From the NCBI GenBank assembly GCA_013265495.1, contig MU057744.1, positions 1,997,370 to 2,061,369 on the forward strand: DNA of 64,000 bases. The letters run 5' to 3'. The stretch's first letter is position 1. Every line of letters begins with the position of its first letter. Positions 39,724 to 49,630 of this stretch are shown piece by piece. Both the position numbers and the translations under genes were made by a program. The notes beneath the pieces are model-generated. The model saw only the letters and a list, made by a program, of their open reading frames with translations. It was not told where the DNA came from and did no database searches. Origin of the DNA: Vicugna vicugna. Its lineage: Eukaryota.

Positions 39724-39871
39724 GGGGGGGATGAGCGCCTGCTTCGACGCCGAGTCCACAAAACTGAAGGTGGAGATGCTGAAACGCTGGTGGTGGGAGG
39801 GGAACGGCAGGCCCGGGGCCTCCCGCACGGGGACCAGTCTGGTCCGGTAGTTGTCTCCCGTGTAGGGGCAT
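39724..39871 (-). CDS. ZP4: ZP4 exon 9; 3' end and splice donor missing in this sequence (left boundary is the expected position)
   Basis: ctcag|A acceptor. (G)CPYTGDNYRTRLVPVREAPGLPFPSHHQRFSISTFSFVDSASKQAL; homology stops near 39732 and is followed by a C-run with no GT donor. Confidence 0.8.
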
Positions 39872-39941
39872 CTGAGCAAAGACACCGGCCGTCAGGGGGG
39901 CTTCCTGGAGGGGCCGCGAGCGGGCGCAGGGCGGCACTTAC

Positions 39942-40131
39942 CCCTTCACCAGCAGGGGCCACTGGGGCTGGAGCAGGGGGCTCGCGCCGGGGGTGGCCCA
40001 GCAATGCTGCAGGCGCAGCCCGAGGGAGGGGTCCGCCCTGCCGCGGAGCGAGACCTCCACGTGTATGGGGTCCCGGAGCAGCTTCACCACCGGGTAGTCA
40101 CCAGCTGCGTAGTAGGAGCCGTAGTGCGAGT
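39942..40131 (-). CDS. ZP4: ZP4 exon 8 (ZP-C domain)
   Basis: gcag|AC to GG|gtaag, 190 nt. (D)SHYGSYYAAGDYPVVKLLRDPIHVEVSLRGRADPSLGLRLQHCWATPGASPLLQPQWPLLVK(G). Confidence 0.96.
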
Positions 40132-40280
40132 CTGCAGGGGCCACGACACGGGGGAGGCTGGGCACCGGGCCGCCTGGGGCGGACCGTCGCCCCGTGAACA
40201 CCTCGGGCAAGCTTCCCGTTACAGAGGGGCGTCTTCCTGCCCCGAAAAGTGACAGGACTTCCCCTCCCAGGGGGCCTCAC

Positions 40281-40411
40281 CTTTGGCGATCCGAAGTTCC
40301 ATAGTGAGGGGTCCGGGATGGGCCTTGGGCAGCGGGGGCGGGAGGGGGAGGACCTGGATGCTCGCCGGGAAAGCGCTGCTGCTCACGGAGTAGCTGCAGC
40401 CGACGCGGAGC
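40281..40411 (-). CDS. ZP4: ZP4 exon 7
   Basis: cccag|G to G|gtgag, 131 nt. (R)LRVGCSYSVSSSAFPASIQVLPLPPPLPKAHPGPLTMELRIAK. Confidence 0.95.
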
Positions 40412-40953
40412 CTGGGGGGGAAAACAGGACACTGACCGGCGAGCTCGTGGGGCGGGGGGCACCTCTCTACAAGAGCTTGTGTGGGGGGCACCTCTCTGCA
40501 GGGGTGAGGGGCTGCTGCGGCTGCGCGCTGGGCGAGTTAGAGCCAGGCTGGGGGTGGTTCCGGCCTCGTGAGAGCCGTGTTCATGGACCTGGTCTGCAGA
40601 CTGGACTTGCCAGCACTCGGGAGCTGGGCAGAGCCGCAGAGGCACGAGACATGGTGCGGGGGAGGGGGAGGCACCGACAGGAAGGTGCCGCAGGCACTGG
40701 GATCCAGAGGAGGCTGGAGAGGAGTGGCGGGGAGGTCGGGGGAGAGGACAGAACAGTGTGGAGGCAGGAGAAGTCTGAGGTCCTCTGAAGACACTGGAGG
40801 GACAGTCTAGGGGACAGTGGGTGAAGGACTGAGGACGTCGGACCAGATGGGGCTGGAGAAGAAGAAGCTGCCTGGTGCAGGGCCCTGAGGTTATGCTCAG
40901 GATGTTACCTTGAAGCTACGGGAAACCACATAAGGAGCTCTCTGTGCTAAGAG

Positions 40954-41104
40954 TTTTTTTTTTTTTTTAATTAAGTTTACTTTTATCATTTGAGGGGATA
41001 ATTAGGTTTTTGTTTAGTTTTTCCTCTCAGCGAGGGACTGGGGATGGAACCCAGGCCCTCGTGCGTGCTGAGCACACGCTCTGCCACCGAGCTGTCCCTC
41101 CCCC
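40954..41104 (-). mobile_element. tRNA-derived SINE in ZP4 intron 6
   Basis: Poly-T then gactggggatggaacccaggccctcgtgcgtgctgagcacacgctctgccaccgagctgtccctccccc. Confidence 0.85.
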
Positions 41105-41398
41105 TGGTCTAGGGTTTTAAAGGGATCCTTTTTGCTGCAGCTTAGACAGTGGAGGCCAAAATGAGAAACAGGAGAGCCGGTCAGATGAACCAGAGGTCCA
41201 GGCGAGTCTGAGGCTGGGATCAAGTCGGTGTCAGGGCTACAGATCCAATGATGGTCAGCGAGACCGGACAGCCAAGGCCGCAGACAGTCTCCCGCACGAG
41301 GCGGCATTTTCGTGGGCTCGCCCTAGAGCTCCCGCTTCGTGGGGGAAGGGAAGTCAGGCGTCCTGGCCAAGCAGGGTCGGGTTAACCGAGACCTTTAC

Positions 41399-41496
41399 CT
41401 GAAGACACTGTCTCGGGTGATAGAACCCTGGCTCCAAGTTTGCACATCCCTGGCGGCCACCAGCTCGTTCTCATACACCGCATGGTTTCTGGTAAC
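41399..41496 (-). CDS. ZP4: ZP4 exon 6
   Basis: gcag|GTT to AG|gtaaag, 98 nt. VTRNHAVYENELVAARDVQTWSQGSITRDSVF(R). Confidence 0.95.
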
Positions 41497-42022
41497 CTGC
41501 AGGGGCAGGTGAGGGCGGCCGTCACCCCGCAGCCTGGTGCTGCCGCCGCCTCTGGAGCTCGCTCTGGCCCAGCCTCACCCGGCCACCCAGATGCTCTCTG
41601 ATGCTGCACAAATGCTGCAGCGTGAATGGAGCCACAGGTAGGGCCTCCCCTAACCTGGGAAGTGGACACTGCACCTTGCTTTCAGGACAGAGGGACGGCA
41701 AGAGGCTCCGAGTGCTCAGATGAGGCGGCCAGAGACACCAGCCACCTCCAAGGACCTCCCTGCTTGTGTCCCAGGGGGGCAGCAGGGACATGTTACTTGC
41801 TCTGCAGCCCGGTCAGAGGCCAGCCCCACGCGGGGGCACAGGCGTGATGGCCTGGCTGCGGGCCCAGAGAGGGAGGCCACCCCTTCCTCTGGGATGAGGA
41901 GACCGTCTGACCTACCCAGCCGCGGTCCGTGTGCCCTGCAGGGCTGAGATCCCCGACCTCCCCCGGTCCCGGGCATCCCTGCCCGACGTTGTCAGACCAG
42001 GGCCCGCAGCCAGCCCACTCAC

Positions 42023-42210
42023 TTGCTTGGTGGTGCCACAGGCAGTGACGGGGAACTGGAACAGGACAAAGGTGTGCGTCACCATCACGGGTTCACACTC
42101 GCTGTCATTCGTGAAGGCCAAGTGCACAGAATTCAAGAGCAGCGGGGGTGAGGTCACGTTCCGAGACACGGCGATGGAGAAGTGGCTGTCCTGGGTACAG
42201 CGTGAGGTCA
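42023..42210 (-). CDS. ZP4: ZP4 exon 5 (ZP-N domain)
   Basis: ttcag|TG to CAA|gtgag, 188 nt. (V)TSRCTQDSHFSIAVSRNVTSPPLLLNSVHLAFTNDSECEPVMVTHTFVLFQFPVTACGTTKQ. Confidence 0.96.
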
Positions 42211-42917
42211 CTGAAACGCCAGAGCAGTGGTGCTAAAGGCAGGTGGCCTCCCGTTACGGGGCTGGCCAGACAAGGCCTAACGGTTAGGCCAGTGACTTCT
42301 GACTCGCCCCAGCCTCCTAGAGAAGCTGGCAGCCCTGCTGCTGACCTAGCGACCCGGATGCAGTTCAGCCGCCCAGGCCTCGCCAAGGCTCTGCACGAGC
42401 GCCGGAGTCTGAGTCCTGCGCCCAGCACAGCACGGAGCCTCCCCACAGCCTCCCCTGAGGCCGGGAGGAGCAGCACCTGCCTGCTTCACTCATCAGCCAG
42501 GACTGGAGGGGAGGGTGGCAGCTGCTGTTTAATGAGCATCACTTTACACGAGAAAAACTTGGGAGGGTGATTTGGGACAAACAGGCTTTTGAAATGAAGC
42601 TCTCTAGACAGACTGTCGGCCACCAGAGGGGCTGTTTCTTGGGAACTGGTTAAATTCCTGTTAATTAGCATCTTGCCCATTGACTTGGCTTCTTGGGTTC
42701 ATTGACTGACTTGCTTTGCGTGGGATTCTGGAGTGGATGATGGAAGGCCGTAGAAAGCTCTGTCTCTCGGGGCCCAGTGTACCAGGATGCACGCTTGTAC
42801 CTCAGCCTCTGGTCGCCTTCAGTGTCTGCCTTCTGCGGGGTGCAGACCACCCTCCTTTGGGTGAGAGCAGGTAACGGGCACTTGTCCTCAGCTGATCTCA
42901 AACACGCGGGGGCTCAC

Positions 42918-43070
42918 CTGTGTTTCCGTAGTAACAGGGATTTTCCTCCTCAGCGTCGTAGCAGCATCCCAGCCGCTCGCAGTCTCCTCGGGTGCTGGGC
43001 GAGGGAGTGCACGGCAGCCTGTCCCACGCTGGGACGGAGTCACAGACACCAGCGTTGGGGACGTCTCGGG
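42918..43070 (-). CDS. ZP4: ZP4 exon 4 (trefoil/P domain)
   Basis: ccag|CC to G|gtgag, 153 nt. (A)RDVPNAGVCDSVPAWDRLPCTPSPSTRGDCERLGCCYDAEEENPCYYGNT, with the six trefoil cysteines typical of ZP1/ZP4. Confidence 0.96.
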
Positions 43071-43864
43071 CTGGATTTGGAAGGGAGAGTAACTCGAGCC
43101 AGGTAACAAGTCTGGCTTTTAAAGAGACCACTTTGTTACAAAGCATTAACTCTGAATTCCCACACGTATCCAGTGCCTGGGGTCGACACGCACTAGAGGG
43201 CAAGTGTCCACCAGAAAAGTCAGCGTTCGTTAAGTCACCTTATGAGGGTCCCCTGAACTGAGTCGTTCTGAAGAAGGAAATACAAACAAGACTGGTAGAA
43301 GTGAGAAGCAATGAGGCCCTTTCCTCCTTTACTCAAAGAATCCTCCTCCTGGGCTTGGCGCGACCCCTCTTGGCGCCCGTGAGTGGCGTGGGCGCCACTT
43401 CGCGATGCCCTGTGTTCTGGTTCTGCAGCTGGGGCGGGGTTGGGGGGGGCAGGGTCGGCGGTTCGTCAGCCTCACCCTCGGGCCGGCGGCTCCGGGGGCG
43501 GGGCCAGGTCCGCGGGGACACCCGGCATCTGATTCCCGCTAATGCCCCGGTTAAGGGGTCAAGCAGCCCCAGCTGCAGGGCCTGAGCCCCGGCCTCGGAG
43601 CCCGGTCTGCTTCTCCCGGGCATTTGTCTCCGGGCGGTGTCAGCCTCCTCCCCCACCTTGGAGGGCAGCTCCGGTCCTGGGGGCAGAGCCGGGAGGGGCG
43701 CGCGGTCGGCCCCCCCGCGGGCGGGGGCGCGGGTCAGGCTCGCAGCCGGGTGTCTCGGGTGCCCCCCCGGGGAGGCGAGGGGCGGACGACGGCCCCCTCG
43801 GGCGCCGGCGTCACTGCAGGGCCGGAGAGGGCATCCTCCGGGCAGGGGCCTCCGCCTGCCTTAC

Positions 43865-43967
43865 CCGGGAGAGCCACAGGGCACTTGAACAGCTGTGTCT
43901 TGGTCACCACCCTGCGCCCGGCCGCATCCGCTTCTTCCACTCCAACCGGCATGACGTAGTGCGTGTC
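43865..43967 (-). CDS. ZP4: ZP4 exon 3
   Basis: cag|GAC to G|gtaag, 103 nt. DTHYVMPVGVEEADAAGRRVVTKTQLFKCPVALP. Confidence 0.95.
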
Positions 43968-44035
43968 CTGGAGAGACAGGCCCGGGTCAGCCGGCCGGGG
44001 CTCGGGCCCGCGCCCCCCGCGGGCCGGGGACTCAC

Positions 44036-44157
44036 CCACTGGGTGACGTAGCAGCCGCCGTAGGCCGCCTCCACCAGCACGGAGCTGCCGGGGCCCGCGC
44101 CCACGCGGGTGCCGCAGTCAGAGTCATTCCGCAGCCTGTGCAGCAGCCCGCGCTGGT
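44036..44157 (-). CDS. ZP4: ZP4 exon 2
   Basis: cag|AC to TGG|gtgag, 122 nt. (D)QRGLLHRLRNDSDCGTRVGAGPGSSVLVEAAYGGCYVTQW. Confidence 0.95.
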
Positions 44158-44424
44158 CTGCGGTTGGGAGCGGGAAAGAACGAAGGTCAGACTCCGCGGT
44201 CCCCAGGCTGCCCCTCAGGACGGCCAGCTTTGCCTCGGCGCCGGGGTCAGCGCCAGGTAAGGGCAGGAAAGGAGGGGAATCGGGTTCGGAAGCCAAGCTG
44301 CGTCTCGGAAGGTTCCTTCTAGGGAGAGAGGCTGCAGGGTTCGGCAGAGGTTCCCGGGGGAGGGCAGCTGGCAGGCCGTTTCAGGCGGCCGGGAGCCAGG
44401 CCAGGGCTGGCTACAGTCGCTTAC

Positions 44425-44599
44425 CCCAAGCTACCAGGGCGGGAGGAGCGGCCGTCTCCAGGCTCAGGTTCCCTGTGAACAGGAAGCCCTCGGGCCCACA
44501 GTGGGGAGCACCAGGGTCACCGGGCCCCCTGGGCTCGGGCTGGCCGCTCAGAGCCAGGGACAGCGGGAGGCAGAGCCAGACGGACTGCAGCCACCGCAT
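44425..44599 (-). CDS. ZP4: ZP4 exon 1 (signal peptide, start of ZP-N1)
   Basis: ATG at 44599; MRWLQSVWLCLPLSLALSGQPEPRGPGDPGAPHCGPEGFLFTGNLSLETAAPPALVAW; donor G|gtaag; 175 nt. Confidence 0.92.
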
Positions 44600-44760
44600 G
44601 ACGCGGCCGGAAGCCCTCACCTCCTTCCCGAGAGCCTGCGGGCCTGCGCTCGGCGTCCTTAAATACGCAGGGAACTGGCTTCAGGTGCGGTCGGGTGGCC
44701 GCAGGTGGGCCTCCCCCCGGAGGTGGCTCCTCAGCTCCAGGCACTTGAGGCGCAGCTGCA
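44600..44760 (-). promoter_or_regulatory. ZP4 proximal promoter (TATA-like element and E-boxes)
   Basis: TATTTAA on the - strand at 44665-44659, about 60 nt upstream of the ATG. CANNTG boxes at 44682, 44702, 44742 and 44753 (CAGCTG). ZP promoters are known FIGLA/E-protein targets. Confidence 0.6.
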
Positions 44761-46732
44761 GCCCTCAAACACCGCAGGCGGGCGGGGAGGATGCGGCACC
44801 TCAGCCGAGAGAGGCTTCCTCAGGGTGGCTGAGGGCACACTTTACCAGCTCACCCAACAGGCGCAGTTACTACCTCTCGGAATCTCAGTTTTCTCATCTG
44901 TAAACTGGGAAGGGTCTCTCCCGGCAGGAGAGACGAGGTGAGACACTGAGTGTCTGGCCCGGGGCTTCACCAAGAAAAGGGGCTCAGTCAACATCGTCGG
45001 GGCCTTCAAGGACCCTTGTCACCGTCTCCACTGGCCCTAAGCTTTGGAGAGAAGTCCCTGCACCTTTGGAGCCTGGCTTGGAACCCCAGAAAAATTTAAA
45101 CCTGATTCTTGAGAAAAGCTGCCTAGAAAGTTTCCCTGGTCCTAAAGGAGAATTCCACCACAGGGGTCTTTTCTTGACAGATTCCAAAGCTTTTATTTTC
45201 CACAGCTGTCCTACTGGGTCCCCATTAGAGGACACAGGTCAACGGCTGGATTCTGAGATGAACCCCTCAAGCTAATTCTGCCTCTTGCGGACAGTGGGAA
45301 ATCTCTTTTCATTCACCTGTGTTTCTGTCCTTGTTTGCTTGCTTTCCACATTTCTGTGGAAAATGGGTCTCCTCCTTACAAGCTGTGATTGACGTGTGCT
45401 GGCGGCTGTGCAGTTAAGGTCACGGTGCCGGGTTCCGGGGCTTCTCAGAGGTTCAGGAGTGATGTGTGCACTCCTCACTGGTGACGTGACAGCGTGGAAA
45501 CTAGCTTCCGGGGTCTCCCACAGTGTCCCCTTACCTCCGCTCCCGGGGACCTTGCAAAGTTTTACTATATAAAATTCTCCAGAACTGCTGGAAGCGGCTG
45601 CAAGGACAAATTGAGGTAACAGCTGGAGAAAGACCGCTCGCAAATCAGAGATGCAAATTGGCCCCGGCAGTGGGTAACGAGCGACTCCCATCTGCATCAG
45701 AGACTGGGGCCATGCCTGCTACCGCCCCACGCACTGACGCAGCTGGAGCAAGGCTCGGCCAGGGATGAATCACACAGTCTATTAAAAATGTCATTAGTGA
45801 AAAATTAATATTGCAAAGCATTTGAGAAGGGCTGGAGCAATCATCTCAGTTTAATAACAGAGGACAGTTCTCATAAACACCCTTTATTTTTTCCCAGAGC
45901 AGAAATGAGGGACAGGCCAGCATTATCTGATCTCACGCCTCTCTTTCCAAACTGCAGACTGAAACTGTTGATCATTTCCTCCTTCCTGAACTGGGTGGCA
46001 CTGTCAGCCTGCATGGGACGGGTCACGCTTTTCCCTTTACTGGAGACTGCAGAAGACTCCTGGCTTTTGGGGTGAAGGAATTGCTTCTCATTGGTTGAAA
46101 AGTATGGGCTTTGAAGATGGATTTTTAGGAAGGCTTTAGCTTCCAGGAAACACCGAGCTGTGTTTATACATCCTCCCCCTTGCTTTGAGGTAGAAAGAAA
46201 GGATTCTGATGCTCCAGCTTACCAGCAAAGGCCTCAGGACTTGAGGGGCCCCTCCAAAGACACCTCAGGGTGGCCCTTGGAACTGCAGACCTTCAGGGAA
46301 ATGGTCGCACCGACCTGCCTTAAACCCCCTCCTTGATTAAGCCTCTGTTACAGACCGCCGTTGTACTGGGAATTGAACAGAGTAGTAATAACACTCAAAA
46401 GGAGCAAATCTGGAATTTTAAACAGTAAGTGACCGAGGACACCTTGTGCAAAGAGGCAGGTCGCCCCACCCTCGGAGGGGCGGCTGCCAGACGCCACGGG
46501 CACCTGGGTTGGTTCTTAATCATGGACCAAGAGCCCCAGGAGGCATTCTGCCTTGTTTACTGCCCAGGGCCAGTAGCTGGAGCAGAGACTGGCCCACAGC
46601 TGGCACTCATGGGAGGGCTGATGAACGAAGGAATCAAAGCATGAACGAGCAGACTTCAGTGAGGGTTACCAGGCTGAGCACATAAATACACGGCATGCTT
46701 AGGAAATATGAATTTCCAATAAGCAATGAGTA

Positions 46733-47270
46733 TCCAGTCACCTGTAGATGGACATTTAGGCTGTTTCCATGTCTTGGCTACTGTAAATAGTGCTGCTCTG
46801 ATGTAGTATATTTATACAATGGAATACCACTCAGCCATAAAAAAGAATGAAATAGTGCCATTTGCAGCAACGTGGATGGACCTGGAGATCATAAGTCTAA
46901 GTGAAATCAGCCAGAAAGAGAAAGAAAAATACCGCATAATATCACTTATATGTGGAATCTAAAAAAAGACACAAGTGAACTTATTTACAAAACAGAAACA
47001 GACTCACAGACATAGAAAACAAACTTATGGTTACCAGGGGGAAGGGGTAAACCGAGAGTTTGAGACGTGCAGATACTGACTACTAGATATAAAATAAACA
47101 CGTTCATAGTGTAGAGCACAGGGAAGTGCGTTCACTATCTTGTAGTAACCCATAATAATATGAGAAGGCATATATGTGTGTTCTTGTGTGACTGAAACAG
47201 TGTGCTGCACACTAGAAACTGACACAACATTGTAAACTGACCAGACTTCAATAAAAAAAAGAAAAAAAGG
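46733..47270 (+). mobile_element. LINE-1 3' end with 5' inversion (twin priming)
   Basis: Antisense L1 segment about 46733-46797 joined to a sense segment about 46801-47270; TSD aagcaatg(a/g)gta at 46721-46732 and 47271-47282. Confidence 0.85.
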
Positions 47271-48149
47271 AAGCAATGGGTAATTTTTTAGTGTAAACAT
47301 GTCTAAACATTGCATGGACATACTGATACTGAGAGTCTGCTGTTGATCTGAGATTCAAGCTCAGGCGGGCGTCCTGCATGCATCTGGCATCACTTTCCTG
47401 AGGCTCCGTGTTCCTGTTGTGCTGCCTTCCCTGTCCGTGGGGTAGTGACGCCATCCTTCTCAGGGGCAGGAGGGGGTGACTCTCAGGCGGCTTTCAGAAG
47501 GCGGAGGCGGCTTGTCACAGCCACTTCACCCGGGTGGGCCCTTTACCTGCTCTCCTCCAGCCTCTCGGAGAGTGATCCTTTGCACCTGGAAGATAAGTGC
47601 ATGACACACCTGTGCTCCATCCCGCAGGGAATTGGGGTCTCCTTGGGGAGGGGCCAAGGAGAGGATTCAGTGACAATTGCTCACAGGTCCTTATTCAACC
47701 CCAGGCTGTGAAGCAAGTCTGTTCCACAAGGAGAGGATGACGGGAAATTCCGTACTCAGCTCTGTTACTTCCTCAGGAGACGCAGGTACAACTGCAGAAA
47801 GTAACCGGCGCTGAGGGGAGGACTTTCCAGAGCCGCTTACATGGCTCCCCGTTGGTCTGACTGCCCACAGCCTCACGGCCCGGCACACTCCTCCTGGGCC
47901 CCGCGGATGGACGCTCCCAGTCTTCCTCTGACCCTCTTCCCTCCTCGTTCTCGTCCGCTCCCTGGGTTTGACTGGCTCATCACAAATCTGACATCTCCAG
48001 CCAGACCATCATCCAGTAGACGTGGGAGGAACACGTGCTGCATGGGAGCTAAATGCTTGGGGGTCAAATATGGAGCAAAATATGCATGACTTGGACCCTG
48101 ATTTTGAAAACAGGCTTTTCGAGCAGACAGGTCATCAGAGACTTGAAAA

Positions 48150-49540
48150 AATAGATAAAAATGACGATATGTGCGATGATAAACAGACAGAGAGGGCTGG
48201 GAGACTGGCCGAGGGTAAGGAAGAAGGGGGGTGTGTCTGGGGTGGGGGCAGGGGGAGGATGCTGAGAAGACAGGCCTGGGCTGGACCACCCGGAGCCTCG
48301 GAGAACACAGCCAGTACTCTGTTTCTTACCGTGAGAGCAGGGAAGCCCCTCTCCGGGGTTTAAGCTGGAGAAAGAAATGCGCAGACTGACCTTGTGAAGA
48401 GCTTACTCTGGCTGCGGTGCGAGGAGGGGCTGAGGGGCCATGCCAGCGTGGCGGGTCGGCTGGGGGGCTTCAGCGGTAGCCCCGGTAAGAAAAGACGGCA
48501 GGCAAGTCTGGGGTGGTGGTGGTGGGGCTGGAGAGGAGTGAAGGGTGTGGAAATCAGGTGAGGGGTACGCGGCAAGATCTGGTGACGGCGAAGTGGGCTG
48601 GGGGTGGGGTCAGGACTGGCTCTCAGGTTCCCGGTGAGCGCAGCCTGGGGGTGTGAGCGCGGCCGACTGAGATGTGGAGGCCGGGAGGAAGCCGGGTCTC
48701 GGGGGGGAAGGTCTCGAGCCTGGTTTGGTACGTGCTACAGTCACATCATGAGGCTGGACTGGCAGTTGGATGCCTTGGGATTGGAACTCCAAGAAAAGGG
48801 CTGGGTTACATATTTAAATCTTTTTTTTTTTTTTAATGGAGATACTGGGATTGAACCCAGGACCTCACGCATGCTGAACACACGCTCCACTGCTGAGCTA
48901 CGTGTTCACACTGGAGCTCCAACTTGACATCTGGATGGTGTCTGAAGCCGTGAGTTGCCTAAATAAGGAGTGGAGTGAAGACAGGGGGGGTACCTGTCGT
49001 TAATCCCGAGGACCCCCCTCATTTAGGGGGGTGCGCACACAAGGATAAAGTAGCCACGGAGGCTGGCGGGGGGCGGAAGGCAGTGGAGTCCACAGGAGAG
49101 GACAGTTTCAGGAGGAAGGTGCACAGAGGCTCTTGAAAGGTTCAGCGAGATGCGGACTGAAAACTCCCCGTTGGCTCTGCTGGCACCACGGCACTCACGA
49201 CGCCTGCAGGCTGGATGTGACAGAGAAGCGATGGCGCCTGCCTGAGAAGAGTCGAGTCTGGGAGGTGAGGAGAGGGCGCTGAGACAGCCACGCGGGGATT
49301 TTGCTCCTTCTGTCTCGTGGAGAGGATGCAGAGCAGTGGCTGGAGAGGTGGCAAAGGCGGAAGGAGATCCGCTGTAGGATGAAGGAGACTCAGACGGTCT
49401 AGAAACCGACGGAGGGAAGGCACTGACTGGCCAGAGCGGGAGGATGCAGGGCAGGAAGGGGTTGCCGACAACGGAAGTGAGGATCGGGCAACAGCAGGCG
49501 GAAAGGAGCCGGACCCATCGGGGAGGGGCTGATCTAAACG
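48150..49540 (-). mobile_element. Long degenerate LINE-2
   Basis: Purine-rich L2-like blocks (gggaagcccctctccggggtttaagctggag...actctggctgcggtg; ttggctctgctggcaccacggcactcacg). Confidence 0.5.
48820..48903 (-). mobile_element. tRNA-derived SINE
   Basis: Poly-T then aatggagatactgggattgaacccaggacctcacgcatgctgaacacacgctccactgctgagcta. Confidence 0.85.
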
Positions 49541-49630
49541 GGGAGGGTGCAGCTCGGGGGCAGAGCGCGAGCTGAGCGTGCACGAGGTCCTGGGTCCGGT
49601 TGCCAGTCCCTCCATTAAAGAAATAAATAA
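49540..49630 (+). mobile_element. tRNA-derived SINE (GC-shifted copy)
   Basis: ggggagggtgcagctcgggggcagagcgcgagctgagcgtgcacgaggtcctgggt...ctccattaaagaaataaataa. Confidence 0.8.

Noticed and set aside
38004..44599. Calling the gene ZP1 instead of ZP4
   Set aside because: Both have a trefoil domain, but the short exon 3 lacks ZP1's long Pro/Thr-rich linker, and adjacency to RYR2 is the ZP4 locus.
44109..44903. 264-aa + strand ORF and other ORFs antisense to ZP4
   Set aside because: Shadow ORFs of GC-rich ZP4 exons and introns.
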